A stretch of DNA of 64,000 nucleotides from Paraspadella gotoi. Lineage: Eukaryota > Animalia > Chaetognatha. Each line of letters begins with the position of its first letter. Positions within the stretch are counted from its first letter, which is position 1. Below, one piece after another: positions 37,708-51,779 of this stretch. The DNA is taken from positions 16,000,455 to 16,064,454 of the forward strand of contig CM119269.1 in NCBI GenBank assembly GCA_051294375.1, read 5' to 3'. Position numbers and translations under genes: made by a program. The notes under the pieces were generated by a model. It did no database searches. It saw only the letters and a list, made by a program, of their open reading frames with translations, and had not been told where the DNA came from.

Positions 37708-37779
37708 TTCTCGGTAGTATAGTGGTTAGTATCTTCGCCTGTCACGCGAGAGACCATGGTTCGATTCCCTGCCGGGGAG
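37708..37779 (+). tRNA. trnD-GTC: tRNA-Asp(GTC), variant or possible pseudogene
   Basis: TTCTCGGTAGTATAGTGGTTAGTATCTTCGCCTGTCACGCGAGAGACCATGGTTCGATTCCCTGCCGGGGAG; T-C mismatch in the T stem and extra G-U pairs. Confidence 0.85.
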
Positions 37780-38505
37780 TGTCTTACTTTTAATATTTAA
37801 CATGAAAAAAACACGATATCTAAGATAAAAATGTTTTAATTATATATTTTTGTCGATGAGTTTAAATTTGAAACATGGGTCAATATTTAGGTACTCTTTA
37901 ACTTTATTATCACTTATTATCCCCTTCTGCAATCGGTTAATGCCTCCCGCCCGCACGCCCTCTGTATCCGCATCCCCTTCTCTTCAAAGCCGTAACCCCT
38001 TCTATCATTCGCGCTTGTACCTGTTTACAATTCAACAGAGTATTTGTACGATTCCGTGAGGAATGAGGAACGCATATGTAATAGCGCGATGACGACGATG
38101 ACAGCGACGACGACGACGACGGCGATGGAGGAAACTGACGACTACGTCTGACGAAGTTTCGAAGTTTCAGAGAGAAGAAGGGTTAAGAGGCCAAACACCA
38201 TAGACGAGGTCACGGTACAAGAGGCATCACGCAAAGTGGTGAGAGAGAGAAAGAAACTCGACAGTCGACATAGTTCGTAACGAAACTCTTACGTGTTTGC
38301 CCTGTGTGCAATTTACAGGGAAATCTCACAGGGCAGCAGCTTTTGCAGTAGCCCAAGCATTTTACATGATAAATTTTGATAGCTGCTGCGATTTGCGAAT
38401 AAAAAGGGTGACCGAAAAACTCCGCCTTCTCCGATAAGGAAGACGGTCATGGGAACCGCATCGATAAAAACGAAAAAAATCGAATGACGATCAAAAACGG
38501 ACGAC

Positions 38506-38543
<38 letters not shown>

Positions 38544-40158
38544 AGCACAATCGTCTTCATCGACCCGTGTAAGCAGATGGAACAAATCCCAATCGAAAAT
38601 CTGACTTCGCACGATTTCGCGCCACCGGATTAACTCATCGAATCAGTTGTTTGTCGGCGGTGGCGGCGGCGGCGGTTGCGGCGGCGGCGGCGGCGGGTGT
38701 GATAGAGAGATGGTGGGAGAGGTGGAGGGACTGATGGTTGGTTTGTAAAAATAGGTTTAGAGCAAAGGCGTGACGGTTTCGTGATCGAGTTATTCGTCCA
38801 CGATTTCTCCGTTTCGTTTTATTTTCATTCTCGTTTTTTTAAATAATATTTTCCTTCTCACCTCATCTCATTTCAGTCTTAATGTTGCTTAAACCAATAC
38901 TATAAAATATTTTTTAAAAAAGTTATATAATTTAGTAAATAAACTAATTTGTGCGGTGATTTTTACTCCTCATCACTCTCGCCATTTTCTCCTTAGCCTA
39001 TCTCGACTTTTCCTCCCAATTCATCCTCCCTTCTACCCCTCTCTTCTCCCCCCCCTTTCCCCTGGCTCTCTTTCTAACCCCACCCCTCCTCTTCATTCCC
39101 TCCCCTTCCCTTTCGATCTTTCCGACGTTGATCTCCAATTAAAAGGGACTTACGGAATTTGGCCGAAAGAAAAAAAAAAAGACAAAAGACGAATCGACGT
39201 CGTCATAATACCCTAATAAAAAAACAAACAAAACAAAACAAAAAACTAAGCTTCATCGAAAAGATGGAGAGAGAAAAGTCGAAGAGAAATCGAGTTTTAT
39301 CTTCGTGACATCGCAGCATTAATTTTTTGTTATTTTCCTATTTTTTTTATATTTGCCACGCGTTGCCATATAGACGAAAGTTGACATCCGCTTTGTCTTT
39401 GGAACCGATTTGCCATTGCCTCGCGTTGGCACTGTCGCTGATTGTTGTTTCGTCTTATGCTTTTACTAGGGAAACAGTTGTCATTGCTTTCATCTACCAC
39501 ATTAATGATGAAATTTATTTTTGGCTTGAAGAGTCATTTCACAGAAAAATTTAAGCATAAAGTTCAAATTCTTGTATTTCTTTGTCAATAATGAAATTAA
39601 ACATTTTTAAATCTTACAGTATTTCTCTCCTGTAAATACACGGCGTCGTTTAGGTTGAACCAGAATGATTTGTTCTTTCCTCCAGAGAAACGTGATCCAG
39701 CTCGCCAGAAACTGAGTAACCCAGTGAGAGTTTAGCGTTGTCACCCTCCAGCCGTGTCACAGCCCCCGTGACACTTCCTCGTGACACTCACAGGATCACG
39801 AACGCGACTTTTTCTCGAAAAAAGTCGAGAGAGAGAAAAATAGTTTAATCTCCTTAAAAGTCGAGAGGCGCGAAGTCTGTGGAAGAAGTTGGACGTCGTG
39901 AGGAAAGGGTGAAGTCTTAACTGAAGATTGGGGGTTGGAGGCGGGTGGGGAAAAAGGGTGGGGTAAGGGTGTTGAGAACGGAATGATTGGAGGGTGGTAG
40001 ATGGAGTGGGCGGTGATCGGGTAAGGACAAAGCTTGCTATTTGTGGTGATGGGATAAAGTTCAAACTGGTGAGGTCGAAGTTGGGAAAGCAAAAAGATCG
40101 ACAAGCAGAAACTCACTTTCCTCTTTTTCTCTTTTTCATGAAATATTCTTTTTTTTAG

Positions 40159-40190
<32 letters not shown>

Positions 40191-40462
40191 AACGAAAGCG
40201 ACGGAACATTCACAACAACAACAACAAGAACAAAAAAACGCAATTCACAACAAAAACAACAACAACAACTAATACTAACTACTTCGTCGGTTATACTCTG
40301 GAGGAACGTGACGGATCGCATTCTCGGATGCACACGCTCCGGTTGCCAAGGCAAAGCACAACCGACTTTTTAATTTCGAATTTTTCTCTCATTATTTTTT
40401 TTTTTCCGTCAATGTTTTTCCCCCATACTCACTCGCTCTCTCTCTCTTCTCCTTCTCTCTCT

Positions 40463-40514
<52 letters not shown>

Positions 40515-41059
40515 TTCTGACTCTCCCTCCATAAAAAAAAGTTTAATCCGACGCCCTGAATTCAGACCTTGTCCTTTTGTCTCATTGAAAGTCAAAGACG
40601 ACGGAGAGAGAGAGGCATGAATTTCAAACCGTCCTCCGCCGAGAGAGGGGGCGAGCGGGGGAAAAGGGGAGATAGAGAGGGGGAGGGAGAGAGGGTGTAG
40701 GGAGAAGGAGAAAATAGAGAGGAGAGAGACAGAGTGATTGGAGATGGTGGGCGGGGGGATAAGAAATTTTCAAGGATTATAGCGATGAGTTCGGATAGAG
40801 CTTAAAGAGATAGCAATAGGATATTAAATAGTATAAGATACCTGCGATAGGATAAGATAGCAATAGATAAAAGATTATAGTAAGGGCCGGTATTTCGCAG
40901 CAAGGAAGGGGCTAGCAATATCGATGCGAGTTTGTTTAGGCTGGGGGTGTGGGGGTGTGGGGGGGGAGAGACGAGGGAATAAGAAACCTTTCTTGAAAAG
41001 CGTTAATTAGTTGTTGATTATTCTTTCGAAAAAGAAACGACGATGACGGAGAAGCCGGA

Positions 41060-41128
<69 letters not shown>
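41060..41128 (+). repeat. (GAC)n microsatellite
   Basis: Perfect triplet run; related (GAC/GTC/CAT/GAT)n tracts at ~38500-38541, 41940-41968, 44533-44606 and 62982-63034. Confidence 0.98.
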
Positions 41129-41130
<2 letters not shown>

Positions 41131-41181
41131 CTTCTTCTACGTCAACGACGCGACAACGACGATAGATTTTGCGTAACTCAG

Positions 41182-41267
41182 TTGGCAAGGTCCTTGTCGT
41201 CCGCAATGGGAAATTCCGGGTTCGAGGCTGTGACTTTCTTACATTGCGAACTAGAATTATAACGCTG
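41182..41267 (+). CDS. candidate exon (GKVLVVRNGKFRVRGCDFLTLRTRIITL)
   Basis: CAG acceptor and GTAAGT donor; phase-compatible with candidate exon 41469-41500 (TQDHPPLIDG, GTAAG donor). Confidence 0.35.
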
Positions 41268-41937
41268 GTAAGTTGTGGAAACTTGTGAGAAAGTTAGAAA
41301 ACCATATTGCATGCGAGTCGAAAAGGGTAAAGATTTAAAAAAAGTCTGCAATAAACTAGATAGAGAGACTAAGAAAATAGTAAAGCTGGAGAAGCTAAAA
41401 ATGCTGGGTAAGATGGAGAAGTTTAGCATTGATGGTTAAATCTGCAATCTTCGTTTTCGAAACTTCAGACGCAAGATCACCCTCCGTTAATTGACGGACG
41501 GTAAGAGAAACAGCAATACAAAAATGATGGCGTTATAAACGGCTGCATTAAGACAACAACGACGACGACAACGACGACGACGACAACGACGACGACGACG
41601 ACAACGTCCCGCTTCCTTCCTCCGTCGTCGAGGGACTCTGCTTAGACTTTCCTCGTTGAAGAATCTCGATTATTAATTAGCACTTAATTTCTGTTTTGTT
41701 TTTTTTTTTTGTTTTTTTGTTTTTTTAAAGACGTCTTAAAGACGACGATTAAAAAACGAGCGAAGAGAGAGAGAGAATTTAAAGTTTACATTATATTTAA
41801 TTATATTAAATTTAATTTAGTTGATAAAAATTATAATTTTAAGTTAAATTATATTAATTTCATTACCAAAGTTCATATTCATTAACTAATCATCTTCATC
41901 ATGATCAATCAAGATCATCATCATTATCGTCATCTTC

Positions 41938-41969
<32 letters not shown>

Positions 41970-42358
41970 TTAAACGTAATCATCACATTAAGCCTTTGTC
42001 ATTTTTCTTCGGTCTCGTCTTTAAGTTTTCTTCTTCGTCATCGTCTCCAAAATGAACGCCTTCAGCCTTTCTTGCACATGGTCGTCTTCGTCGTCGTCGT
42101 CGACGTCGTCGTCTTCATCTTCGTCGTCGTCGCTAATAATCTACGGAATGACGGTCATCGACGCGAAACGGTGCCCCCCGGATGTTGGGGTCCAGGATGT
42201 TGGGCCGGGGAAGAGGGGACGGCGTCCGAGACCCGGATGCCGGCCGAAGCTTCCGAGCCTGACCCGTATGTCGAGGCGTTCGACCCCCGGATGACCTTGA
42301 ATGACCTTCGCGCCGAGTTTCGTTGAAAAGCAAAGGTTAGCGGGTGGAAAGTATCTCG

Positions 42359-42439
<81 letters not shown>

Positions 42440-42529
42440 TGAGAAGGGTCGCTTTACCTTCGATCAGTTTGAACCTTTTTTGCCTTTTATGGCCGTTAAG
42501 GCGTGAGGAAGGAGGGGGATGGTCAAGAA

Positions 42530-42566
<37 letters not shown>

Positions 42567-42637
42567 GAGAGAGAGAGAGAGAGAGAAGCGAGAGAGAGAG
42601 AGAGAGAGAGAGAGATGAGAGAGAGAGAGAGGAGAAG

Positions 42638-42680
<43 letters not shown>

Positions 42681-43281
42681 TAAGTCGAATGGATTTGAAG
42701 TCTGAAGAGTCTTCTCTAGCGGAAAGGACGAAAGCGCAAGGAGATTAAAAAATCAAAATTGATTTTTTTTTTGGGTGGAACTCAAATTATTGTGACTTGC
42801 CATACAATTTTTCTTGGTGACATTATTAATTCATTTCTAATAACAGGACCGTTTGACTGTTTGTACAGCGTAACACAATAAAAAGTTTCCTTAACAATTC
42901 AATCAGACCGCTCGCCATCTATCTAAAATAGTTATCAATCAAATCAATTAATAAAGAAATTATCCCTTGTAGTGATTAAATATCACTACCCGTTGGATAC
43001 GACTGTTCCTTAACGCTTCATTTTCGAACCCATCCCGGGTTCTCGCCCTGGTCGAAACAGTCCTTGCAAAAACAGTGACGGGCCCTTTAAACCACAGGTA
43101 GCATGCCTACCGCCGGATCAAAACTTCCGGAGAGCAAGGCAACTGACGGAAAAATCTCCCAGACCCACTGTGCACACTAGGTATGGGGGCTACCCACACT
43201 CACAAAGAGGCATAGCGACCCTCCCTTCTCACCTCACATCTTCCTGTGAACGAATCTAATTCTTTTTTTCCAAGTCTTCAG

Positions 43282-43384
43282 ACTCGATCGGACGATGCAT
43301 CCCCGTCCAACGAAAGGCATCTCTTCTCTAAGAATGAAGACCGCTTTGTTCTTTCAGCTCACGAAGACGAAGAGTTGATAATGG
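43282..43384 (+). CDS. candidate exon (TRSDDASPSNERHLFSKNEDRFVLSAHEDEELIM)
   Basis: Good acceptor, weak donor; phase-compatible with 43930-43972 (GAIQNIVPSLSIFHK). Confidence 0.3.
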
Positions 43385-43656
43385 GTCCTCCTCTCATCTC
43401 CCCTTCTTTTCTACCCCCCCCCCCTGCCTCCCCCCTTCGCTTCATGACGAAAATATTTAAAAGAGGGAAGGATATTTTTTTTTCTTCTTTTATTTGTCGT
43501 AGGCGAAAAATTTTCGTCTCCATTTCCATTATTTTTTTACTTTATTCTTTCCATTTTTTAAACTTTACTCCCTTAATGTTTTAGTCTTTTATGAATCGCT
43601 TGTAAATGATTTAATAATATGAATATGGTGGACTAAAATCTACCAACCGTTCATCA

Positions 43657-43835
43657 GCGGCCATTGGTGCCGGAGGCAAGTCATTCACCTCCAAACCCAA
43701 AGGTCCGGGGTTCTAGCCCCGTGGTCGTCTAGCAGTTAAGAGGGACGGGGCGCTTAACCCGCCTGTAACCAGCCTGATCCGAAGCTCAGGGACTGCGTAT
43801 ATTGAACGGTTCTGTCATTAACACTTATCAATAAT
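43657..43835 (+). mobile_element. tRNA-derived SINE candidate; noisy duplicate at ~47687-47890
   Basis: 72-nt head with acceptor GCGGCCA/TGGTCGT, T arm CGGGG-TTCTAG-CCCCG and an unpaired anticodon region CTCCAAA, followed by a ~100-bp non-tRNA body. Confidence 0.6.
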
Positions 43836-44532
43836 TACTGTCTCTTCAGGAAATTACTTTATAAATATTTAAATCTTTTTCCAATTTATAGCTCTTTCGT
43901 GGCGATATCTATCATTCAAGTTTTCACAGGTGCCATCCAAAACATCGTTCCTTCTCTCTCCATCTTTCACAAGTAACTTGTACCATGTACTTCACATCAC
44001 CTCTCTCAATCACTCGCACGTTCCCGACCTCGATCAATCACAGTCCCCAACCCCTAAACCCCCCCCCAAATCTACCCGCCACCCGCCACCCGCCACCACC
44101 AATTCGCCAAATATTCGAGTGGAATCTCGCGAGTCGGATTTCCGTCGCTCGTCCAAATGTAGCGCAACCGAGGAGAAAAGTAGCTCAACGATCCTCGAGC
44201 GTTGTCGTCGTCGTCGTTGTTGTCGTGGTCGTCGTCGTTGTTGTCGTCCTCATCTTCGTGGTAGTCAACATCGGCATGGTCTTATTCGTCTTCGTCGTCC
44301 TCTTTTTTATAACGTAATCAATAGTCATAATCGAGAACTTCACAATCTTCCTTGTTATAATTGTTAGTTTTCTAATTTCACTTTTTAGTATCATCATCGA
44401 CCCCGCATTGATTACTTCTTTAACTCCGGAATGGTCTAGCTCGAAGTCGTTTTCATAATTATGATTTAATCATGATTTAAACTTTTATCTTTAATATATA
44501 TATACAAAATCGTCAAGTTCTTCGGCTAAAAG

Positions 44533-44577
<45 letters not shown>

Positions 44578-47500
44578 CTCGGCGTCGTCGTCGTCGTCGT
44601 CGTCGTCTTATTCGCCGTCCTAATATTCGTCCTCTTTCTTCATCGTCTTCGCCATCGCGGAACAAAGTAGATCAATCGACGGCGAAATGTAAAAATGTAA
44701 GGACAAGACGACGACGACGACGACGACGACGACTAATCACCGCTCCGAGAGGACGACTGCGTGGCGGTGCGGGGGAGGAATTACCGCCGCTGAGGCAGCT
44801 GCAGCAGCGGGTGTCGATGCAGGAGCGAGTTTTGGAGATGGGTCAACGCTCTCTTTCGCTCTCGCTCCCGGCATGGATGAATGTGAAGTTACAAGGCAAT
44901 GATCGAAAATTAAGTCCGTTCGTCTGATGAATAAAGATCGATGACCGGAAGCCTCATTTCGGTATAAGAGTTAACTACCAATTTTTAATTAAAATGATAT
45001 CCTTTAAATTTTTTTTTTTTTTTTTTATATACAGGAATTGTTTGTTATAAATACCAAAAACAGTATTAACAAAATCGCAACAAAATCAATAACAAAGTGC
45101 TAAACAAATAAAACTAAACTAAAGATAAAAAATATCCTTTAAATTGCGTTGAAATAAATTTTTTTATGTCGTCATCATCGCTTTTCGGCCGATTCCCGAA
45201 TAGACGACGATCCAGGTTTGAAAAGTGTTTGGTAATTTTTACATTCAAGTTGATAGCGACCATTTTTGTTCTAATAAAATCTTTGATGGAATACAGTGGC
45301 TGAGATTAAAAAAAAACCTATGAAAGCTAAACAAACAAGGTGACTTGGACATTGCCTTAAACTGCTAAATGCAAATAAAAAAGGCTCAAAGCCTAAATCA
45401 TAAACTATTCAAAGGTAAAAATGTCCATCACGCATAAAACTGGTAAATTTTTCGCAACCGAGTAAACAAAAAATACAGAATCTTCTAACCGTTTTTAAAT
45501 TAAAGATTTTTTTTTTCAGGATTCTTTTTCTATTTTTTTTCCCCGAAATTTTTTTTCAAAGAATTCATTCCTAAAACTAAGGCTTTTATTAAAATAATCT
45601 ATACAAAAATCGAAATTGGTTTATTCTTAAACCTTGCATTCAAAATCAAGTCATTGCTATGGTAAGAAAGAAAAGTAAGAGGAGGGTGAAGCAGAAGTAG
45701 AAAGACTTCGTCGCCGTCTTCGTCGGGTATTCGTCATGCTTTGTTATCATCGTTGTCGTTTCCGCCTGAAGTATAAGCTCCAAACCACCGTCAAACCAGA
45801 GTCATCAGAAATCCGGAGAATCTGAAATTTATGATATAAGTAAAAAAAAAAAGGTAAAACAGTTAAATTCTTTCTTAAGGATTTTCTGTAAACTGTTCTC
45901 ACTTCGTGCGGGCCATACCGTAGAACAATCCATCCATGAATTTCAGTAACGAGTTGAAAGGTCTTTTCATCCTCTTGATTTCGCCGTAATGCGAACGAAA
46001 AATTTGTTCAGGGAAAATCAATAAAACGAAAAAAAGATCACTGAAATCGCGAATTCCAACGCGGTAAACGTTAAAACTATTCCTTTCGGTTTAACAAACA
46101 CCACATTATGCGGAAGCCAACTTGAAAACAATAAGTCGAATCAGTCGTGAAGCAAATATCAGTGATCAAATATCAAATCAAATAACAAAGATTTAGTTAG
46201 TTAGTGTTTTTTGATTTTGTTGAATTTTAGTAGTTTAGTTTTAACATGTTTATCGTTTTTCAGTCTTTTACACTGTCACTGTTTTTTATTATGTTAATAC
46301 TGTTTTTGGTATTAATAAAAAAAAACGTTCATTAAAAAAAAAACCAGTCCACCTGTCAGTTAAGTCGAAAGAAACCGGGAACATATTCTTTTCTCTTATT
46401 TAGTAAGACAAAACAATTTCGTTCACCGTTCCTACTCTAAAAAAACTATTGGTGAATTTCACAATTTTTCCCTCACATTTTTTCCTTCGATTGAATTTTT
46501 AAGAGAAACTGACCCATGAAAGAAAAAGCGTCGCTTTTTATTACGAGACGCGACGGTTGGACAATTTGACACGACGAGGCGAAAGTCTGACGTTTCCCGG
46601 GGTCCGCGGACGACAAGGCCAAGTTATCTCCGCCAAACACGTCTCGTTGTCATGGAGACGAAATCCGACAGAAGGAAGAGGAGAGAGATGAGAGAAGTAA
46701 GTCGAATGGATTGAAAGTCTGAGAGATCTCTCTAGCGAAAGGACGAAAGCGCAAGGAGATTAAAAATCAAATGATTTTTTTTTGGGGGAAAAAAACCCAA
46801 ATTAATTTGGACTTGCTCATATACAATTTTCTGGTGACATATAATCTCATTTCAATAATCAAGACCGGTTGGACTGTTTTGTACAGCGTAACATCAATAA
46901 AAAGTTTCTCTTAACAATCAATCAGGACCAGCTGCGCCATCTATCTAAAATAGTTCAATCAAGATCAAATTAATAAAGAAATTATCCGCGAGCGATTAAT
47001 ATCACTACCGTTGGATACGACTGTTCCTAACGCTTCATTTTCGAACACCATCCCGGGTTCTCGCCCCTGGTCGAAACATCTTGCAAAAACAGTGACGGGC
47101 CCTTAAACCACAGGTAACATGCCCTACCGGCCGGATCAAAACTTCCCGGAGAGCAAGGCAACATGACGGCAAAAACCCCAGACGACTGTCACACTAGCTA
47201 TGGGGGCAACATATCCCTATCACTTCATCAAAAGAGTGCATTATAGCGACGCGTCCCTTCTCACCATCACACGTCTTCCTGTGGACGATTAAATTCTTTT
47301 TTTCACAAGTCTCACGACCGATCGGACGATGCATCCACCCCGTGGCCAACGAAATGCCATCCTACTATCTCTAAGATAGAAAGACCGCTTTGTTCTGTCA
47401 GCTCACGAAAGACGACAGAGCTGATAATTGGGCCTCCTCCATCGTCCCTTCTTTTCTACCTCCCGCCGCCCCGCCCCTCTTCGCTTCATGAACGAAAATA

Positions 47501-50500
47501 TTTAACAAAGAGGAAGGATATTTTTTCTTCTTCTATTGTCGTAGCGAAAAAAATTCGTCTCCATTCCATTATTTTTTACTTTATCTCTTCCCATTTTTAA
47601 ACTTAACTCCCTAAGTTTAGTCTCTTATGAATCGCTGTAAATGATAATAAAATGAATAGGTGGACTAAAATCTACAACCGTCATCAGCGGCCATTGGTGC
47701 CGGAGGCAAGTCATTCACCGTCCAAACCCCAAAAGGTCCCCCGGGGGGTTTTTCTCAGCCGCCGTTGGTTCCGTCTAGCCAGTTAAAGGGAACGGGCGCT
47801 TAACGCCGCCTGTTAAACACCGCCTGATCCGAAGTCTCAGGAGACTGCGGCGTTATATTGAAACGGTTCTGTCATTATACACTTATCAATAATTACTTGA
47901 CATCTTCAGGAAATATTGATCTGTATAAATATTTATAAATCTTTTTTCCCAATTATAGCTGCTTCGTGGCGATAATACTACATTCAAGTTTTTCACAGGT
48001 GCCATCCAAAACATCGTTCCGTCCCTCCATATTTCACAAGTAACTTGGTACATGTACTTCACATCACCTCTCCTGCAATCACTTCGCACGTTCCCTACCC
48101 GATCAATACACAGTCCCAACCCTAAACCCCCCCCCAAATCACCCGCCTACCCGCCACCCCGCCACCACCAATCGCCAAATATCGCAGGGAATCTCGCGAG
48201 TCGAATTCCGTCGCTCGTTCCAAATGTAGCGCAACCGAGGAAAATAGGCCAACGATCCTCGAGCGTTGTCGTCGTGCGTCGTTGTTGTCAGTGGTCGCGT
48301 CGTTGTTGTCGTCCCATCTTGCGGTGGTTATCACAACATCGCAGGTCTTAATTGTCTCGTCGTCCTCTTTTTATATAAACGTAATCAATAGTCATAATCG
48401 AGAACTTCACAACTATCCTCTGTTATAATTGTTAGTTTTCTAATTCACGTTAGAATCATCCAATCGACCCCCGCATTGAGACTATCTTAACTCCGGAAGT
48501 CTAGCTCTGAAGGTCCGTTTTCATAAAATATGAGTTAATCATGATTTAAACTTTTATCTTTCAATAATATATATAACACAATCGCAAGTTCTTCGGCTAA
48601 AAAGGTACGTCGTCGTCGTCGTCGTCGCGTCGTCGTCGTCGTCGTCCTCCGTCGGTCGTCGTCGCGTCGTCGCGCTATATTCGCCGTCCTAATATTCGTC
48701 CTCTTCTTCATCGTCTTCCGCCATCCGGAACAAAAGTAGATCAATCGACGGCGAAATGTAAAAATGTAAGGACAAGACGACGAGACACGACGACGACACG
48801 ATAACACCTGTCTCCGAGAGGACGACTGCGTGGCGTGCGGGGAGGAAATTAACCGCCGCTGAGGCAGCGCAAGCAGCGGGTGCGAATGGCAGTGAGCGAG
48901 TTTGGAGATGGGTCTAACGCTCTCTTCGCTCATGCGCCTCCCCGCATGGAATGAATGTGAAGTACAAGGCAATGAAAAATTCGGAAAAATTAAGTCCCGT
49001 TTCGCTGATGAATAAAGATCGATGAACCGGAAGCCTCATTTCGGTATAAGAGTTAAACTACTACAATTTAATTAAAATGAATCATTTAAATTTTTTTTTT
49101 TTTTTTTTTTTAATAGCAGGAATGTTTGTTATAATACCAAAAACAGTATTAACAAAATCGCAGCAACAAAATCAATAACAAAGTGCTAAACAAATAAAAC
49201 TAAGCTAAAAATAAAAAATATCCTTAAGATTGCGTTGTAATAAATTTTTTTATGTCGTCATCACGCTTTATTCGCCGATTTCCCGAATAACGACGATCCA
49301 GGTGTGAAAAGTGTTTGGTAATTTTAACATTCAAGTTGATAGCGACCATTTTTCTAAAAAATCTTGATTGAAATACAGTGGCTGAGAGATTAAAAAAAAA
49401 CTTGAAAGCTAAACAAACAAGGTACTTGACATGTCCTTATACTGCTAAATGCAAATAAAAGGCTCAAAGCCTAATTATACATAAACACTATCAAAGTTTT
49501 AAAAATGTCCATCACGCATAAAAACGGGGTAAATTTTCGCAACCGAGTAAACAAAAAAGCTACAGATCTCTTAACCGTTTTTAAATTGAAGATTTTTTTT
49601 TTCAGATTCTTTTTCTATTTTTTTCCCCGAAATTTTTTCAAAGAATTCATTCCTAATGACTAAGGCTTTTAATTAAAATCTATACAAAAATCGAAATTGG
49701 TTATGTTCTTAAACCTTGGCATTCAAAATCAAGTCATTGCTATGGTAAGAAGAAAAGTAAGAGAGGGTGAAGCAGAAGTAGAAAAACTTCGTCGCGTCTC
49801 GTCGTGTATTCGTATGCTTTTATCATCGTCTGTCTTTCCGCACTGAAGTATGAAGCTTCCAAACCACCGTCAAACCAAGAGTCATCAGAATCATCCGGAG
49901 AATCTGAAATTTTAAATGATATAAGTAAAAAAAAAAAAGGTAAAACAGTTAAATTCTTTCTTAAAGGATTTCTGTAAAACTGTTCTCATTCGGCGTGGCC
50001 ATACCGTAGACAACTCCATCCAAGAATTTCAGTAACGAGTTGAAAGGTCTTTTCATCCTCTTGAATTTCGCCGTAATGCGAACGAAAAAATTTGTTCAGG
50101 GAAAATCAATAAAACGAAGAAAAGATCACTGAAATGCGCGAATTCCAACGCGGTAAACGTTAAAAACTATTCCTTTTCGTTTACCCCAGTCTTATGCGTG
50201 ATAGTCTGTAACTTGAAACAAAGTCGAATCAGTCGTGAAGCAATATCAGTGATCAAATATCAAATCAAATAACAAAGATTAGTTAGTTAGTGTTTTTTGA
50301 TTTTGTTGAATTTTAGATAGTTTAGTTTTAACATGTTTATCGTTTTTCAGTCTTTACAACTGTCACTGTTTTTTATTATGTTAATACTGTTTGGTATTAA
50401 TAAAAAAACGTTTCATTAAAAAAAAACCAGTCCACCTGTCAGTTAAGTCGAAAGAAACCGGGAACATATTCTTTTCTCTTATTTAGGTAAGACAAAACAA

Positions 50501-50879
50501 TTTCGTTCACCGTTCCTACTCTAAAAAAACTATTGGTGAATTTCACAATTTTTTCCGCTCACATTTTATCGCTTCGATTGAAATTTTTAAGAGAAACTGA
50601 CCCATGAAGAAAAAGCGTCGTTTTATTACGAGACCAACGGTTGACAATTTGACACGACGAGGCGAAAGTCTGACGTTTTCCCGGGGTCCGCGGACGACGG
50701 CCAGTATCTCCGCCAAAACACGTCTCGTTGTCAATGGAGACGAAATCCGACAGAAGGAAGAAGAAAAGAAAAAAAAAAAACACAATAAAACAATTTTTTT
50801 AATTCCGTCGGGAATATGCATAAAATGAAGTTATTAAGCCGCGATTTTTCACGTGACGGGAAAGAGAGAGAGAGAGAAT

Positions 50880-50964
<85 letters not shown>

Positions 50965-51779
50965 CGATATTTAGGTGTANNNNNNNNNNNNNNNNNNNNN
51001 NNNNGCAGAAGGGAAGAAACGAAAAGAAAAAAAAAAAAACACAATAAAACAATTTTTTTATTCCGTCGGGAATGATGCATAAAATGAAGTTAAATTAACC
51101 GGCGATATTTACGTGACGCTGGAAAGAAGAGTATGGGAGGAGAGAGATGATGTGAAGGTGAGATGGATTAGGAGATGAGAGAGGTGAGGAGAGAGATCGA
51201 GGTGAGCGGGCGACGTTGGACTTTTTGTAGATAGGAGTGAATGACTGAGCCTGAACGTTAGTATCCGATCTGTCGAGATACGGTTTAAATATCGCGTATA
51301 TATGTTATTAGTCAATAACCTAATATGCCGGTTTAGCTATCCACAGTTTGATCATACTGCCTACGGGTCCGAGCCAGACCACAACATAAAGCGCGGGGAC
51401 CTTTAACGCTCTCTGTGTGATTGCTCGCACTCCCCTGCAACTCGAGTCTTTTGATAAGAATCCTCATGTTGGGATCAATCCGTGCTGCATGAAACGTCGT
51501 GGGGAGCAGAAAAAGGGCCGCATGGGCACCAGGGAAAAAAAGGCGGAGAAATCTTCGAATAGGCCGACGTCGTCGAGACACAATTGACAAAAGGCACAAA
51601 CGGCTTAGCCCCAGAGCTCTAACAACACAAACGACAAACCACTGGCTGTGACGGGCATCCGAAGCCCAGACGACGCGACGTTCGAAGACACGGTCTAATG
51701 TCAGGGGCGGCAGCGGCTTGGCTAATCTAAATCGCAGATCGGCTCCCCTCCAGAAAAAATGCATTAAAAAAATGGGATT

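Larger units (their letters stand above)
42670..50762. repeat. ~4.0-kb tandem duplication (42670-46680 / 46681-50762), probable assembly artefact
   Basis: Colinear copies joined in a GA tract, differing mainly by 1-2-nt indels. Confidence 0.85.

Noticed and set aside
42702-42742. Hammerhead-like CTGAAGA-GTCTT...AGGAC-GAAA
   Set aside because: No NUH triplet or stem III closure and no stem I partner; the duplicate copy does not retain the core.
50750-51125. ~115-bp direct repeat suggesting LTRs or a TSD
   Set aside because: It straddles a 25-N gap and differs only by indels, consistent with assembly overlap.
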